Positions 5,215 through 5,740 of a DNA stretch of 5,740 nt are shown piece after piece. The stretch lies in IMG/VR virus record IMGVR_UViG_3300045988_010074. One strand, 5' to 3'. Every line of letters starts with the position of its first letter. Within the stretch, counting starts at the first letter, position 1. The notes beneath the pieces were generated by a model, which had not been told where the DNA came from, ran no database searches, and was given only the letters and a program-made list of their open reading frames with translations. The position numbers and the translations under genes are program-made. This stretch comes from a virus.

Positions 5215-5232
5215 CCTCTTTGTGTCTGTCAA
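5204..5232 (-). promoter_or_regulatory. Promoter P1: perfect sigma70/sigmaA consensus
   Basis: On the minus strand, TTGACA (5232..5227), a 17-nt spacer and TATAAT (5209..5204). It starts immediately after the VP2 stop codon (5235..5233) and lies upstream of the 55-aa ORF and VP4. Confidence 0.7.
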
Positions 5233-5740
5233 TTACCATTTTCGCATTGCTTTTCCGAGACCGTACAGGGCTGCACCTGCTGCCTTCGTTTTCGCTTTGT
5301 TTCCAGCGTCTATGAGCTTTGTGCCTGCTTCTACGGTTGTCGGCGTTGTAGTCTTTCTGCCAGACTGTTCGTTGTTGTAGGTGTTGTTTGCGGTCTGTGC
5401 AATGTTTCCAACGGTTTTTGCGCTGCTTGAACCAATGTTTTGCATGATACTCTGCATGTAACTGGCTTCTTCCCAGTTTTTGGTTTCTTTTGCCGTGTTG
5501 ATCGTCTGCATGGCGTTCTGCAGAAATTGCGCTGTGTTGTTTCCGTAGTCATACATTGCTTGCATGGTGGCTGTGTGTGCTGCTGGAATTCCTGATGCTT
5601 GAGTGTGGCTAAAGGTTGTGTTTCCTACAGCTGCCTGGCCTCCGCTGCCTGAGCTTGCACCAAACCCGTTGTATGCTGCCAGTGCTGGGTTCAGACCTGC
5701 TTTCTTTAGGTCTTCTACCCCTCTCTGGTAGGCTGTGCTG
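5233..5740 (-). CDS. VP2: VP2 pilot protein, C-terminal portion (150 aa from 5685 down to the stop at 5235..5233); 5686..5740 duplicates 1..55
   Basis: Track ORF 5233..5565 extends upstream in frame with no stop to 5685; I translated 5566..5685 by hand as ALAAYNGFGASSGSGGQAAVGNTTFSHTQASGIPAAHTAT. The frame joins exactly with the codon ending at position 1, which restores ...KKAGLNP|ALAAY... Confidence 0.85.
   Translation of the reverse strand, partial: STAYQRGVEDLKKAGLNPALAAYNGFGASSGSGGQAAVGNTTFSHTQASGIPAAHTATMQAMYDYGNNTAQFLQNAMQTINTAKETKNWEEASYMQSIMQNIGSSSAKTVGNIAQTANNTYNNEQSGRKTTTPTTVEAGTKLIDAGNKAKTKAAGAALYGLGKAMRKW
5686..5740. repeat. Terminal direct repeat, right copy; marks circular closure
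   Basis: The 55 nt are identical to 1..55. Confidence 0.95.

Noticed and set aside
50-5430. All plus-strand ORFs in the track (for example 50..409, 483..950, 1024..1473, 1631..1960, 3894..4118, 5005..5430)
   Set aside because: They are antisense shadows of well-supported minus-strand genes. The given strand looks A-poor, so stop codons are rare and long spurious ORFs are expected. The translations are C/F/L/V-rich with no recognisable motifs and no Shine-Dalgarno sites. Several depend on GTG or TTG starts.
5686-5740. The 55-nt terminal repeat as a biological DTR or LTR
   Set aside because: Microvirus genomes are covalently closed circles. The repeat lies inside the VP2 coding sequence and closes it in frame. 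Its length matches a common assembler k-mer, so it is best explained as a circular-contig overlap.
1-5740. tRNA, rRNA, CRISPR arrays, integrase/transposase genes or attachment sites
   Set aside because: None was seen. There are no repeat-spacer periodicity, no cloverleaf-like segments in the short intergenic regions and no ORF with recombinase-like motifs. Essentially all sequence is accounted for by the microvirus genes and the regulatory spacers.

Overview
The window is a complete, circularly closed Microviridae (gokushovirus-like) ssDNA phage genome. Bases 1-55 are identical to 5686-5740, so the unit length is 5685 nt. All supportable genes lie on the minus strand, so the given strand is the complement of the coding strand. 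In the direction of transcription the order is: consensus promoter P1, a 55-aa RHH-like ORF, a 16-bp perfect hairpin, Rep VP4, a compound hairpin, consensus promoter P2, a 56-aa ORF and an intrinsic terminator. A translationally coupled chain follows: a 35-aa ORF, a 39-aa very basic ORF, a 66-aa RHH protein, an 85-aa ORF, scaffold VP3, major capsid VP1 and pilot VP2. VP2 wraps around the window junction. Nearly every gene has a strong GGAGG-type Shine-Dalgarno site. The most interesting signal is a possible transcriptional control layer, which is not part of the textbook microvirus model. It consists of two perfect TTGACA-17-TATAAT promoters sharing a 20-nt tandem RGGTGTA module over the -10/+1 region, one or two ribbon-helix-helix-like proteins, and a promoter-ORF-terminator cassette between the replication and structural modules. 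All protein family calls come from motif recognition by eye; no searches were run.
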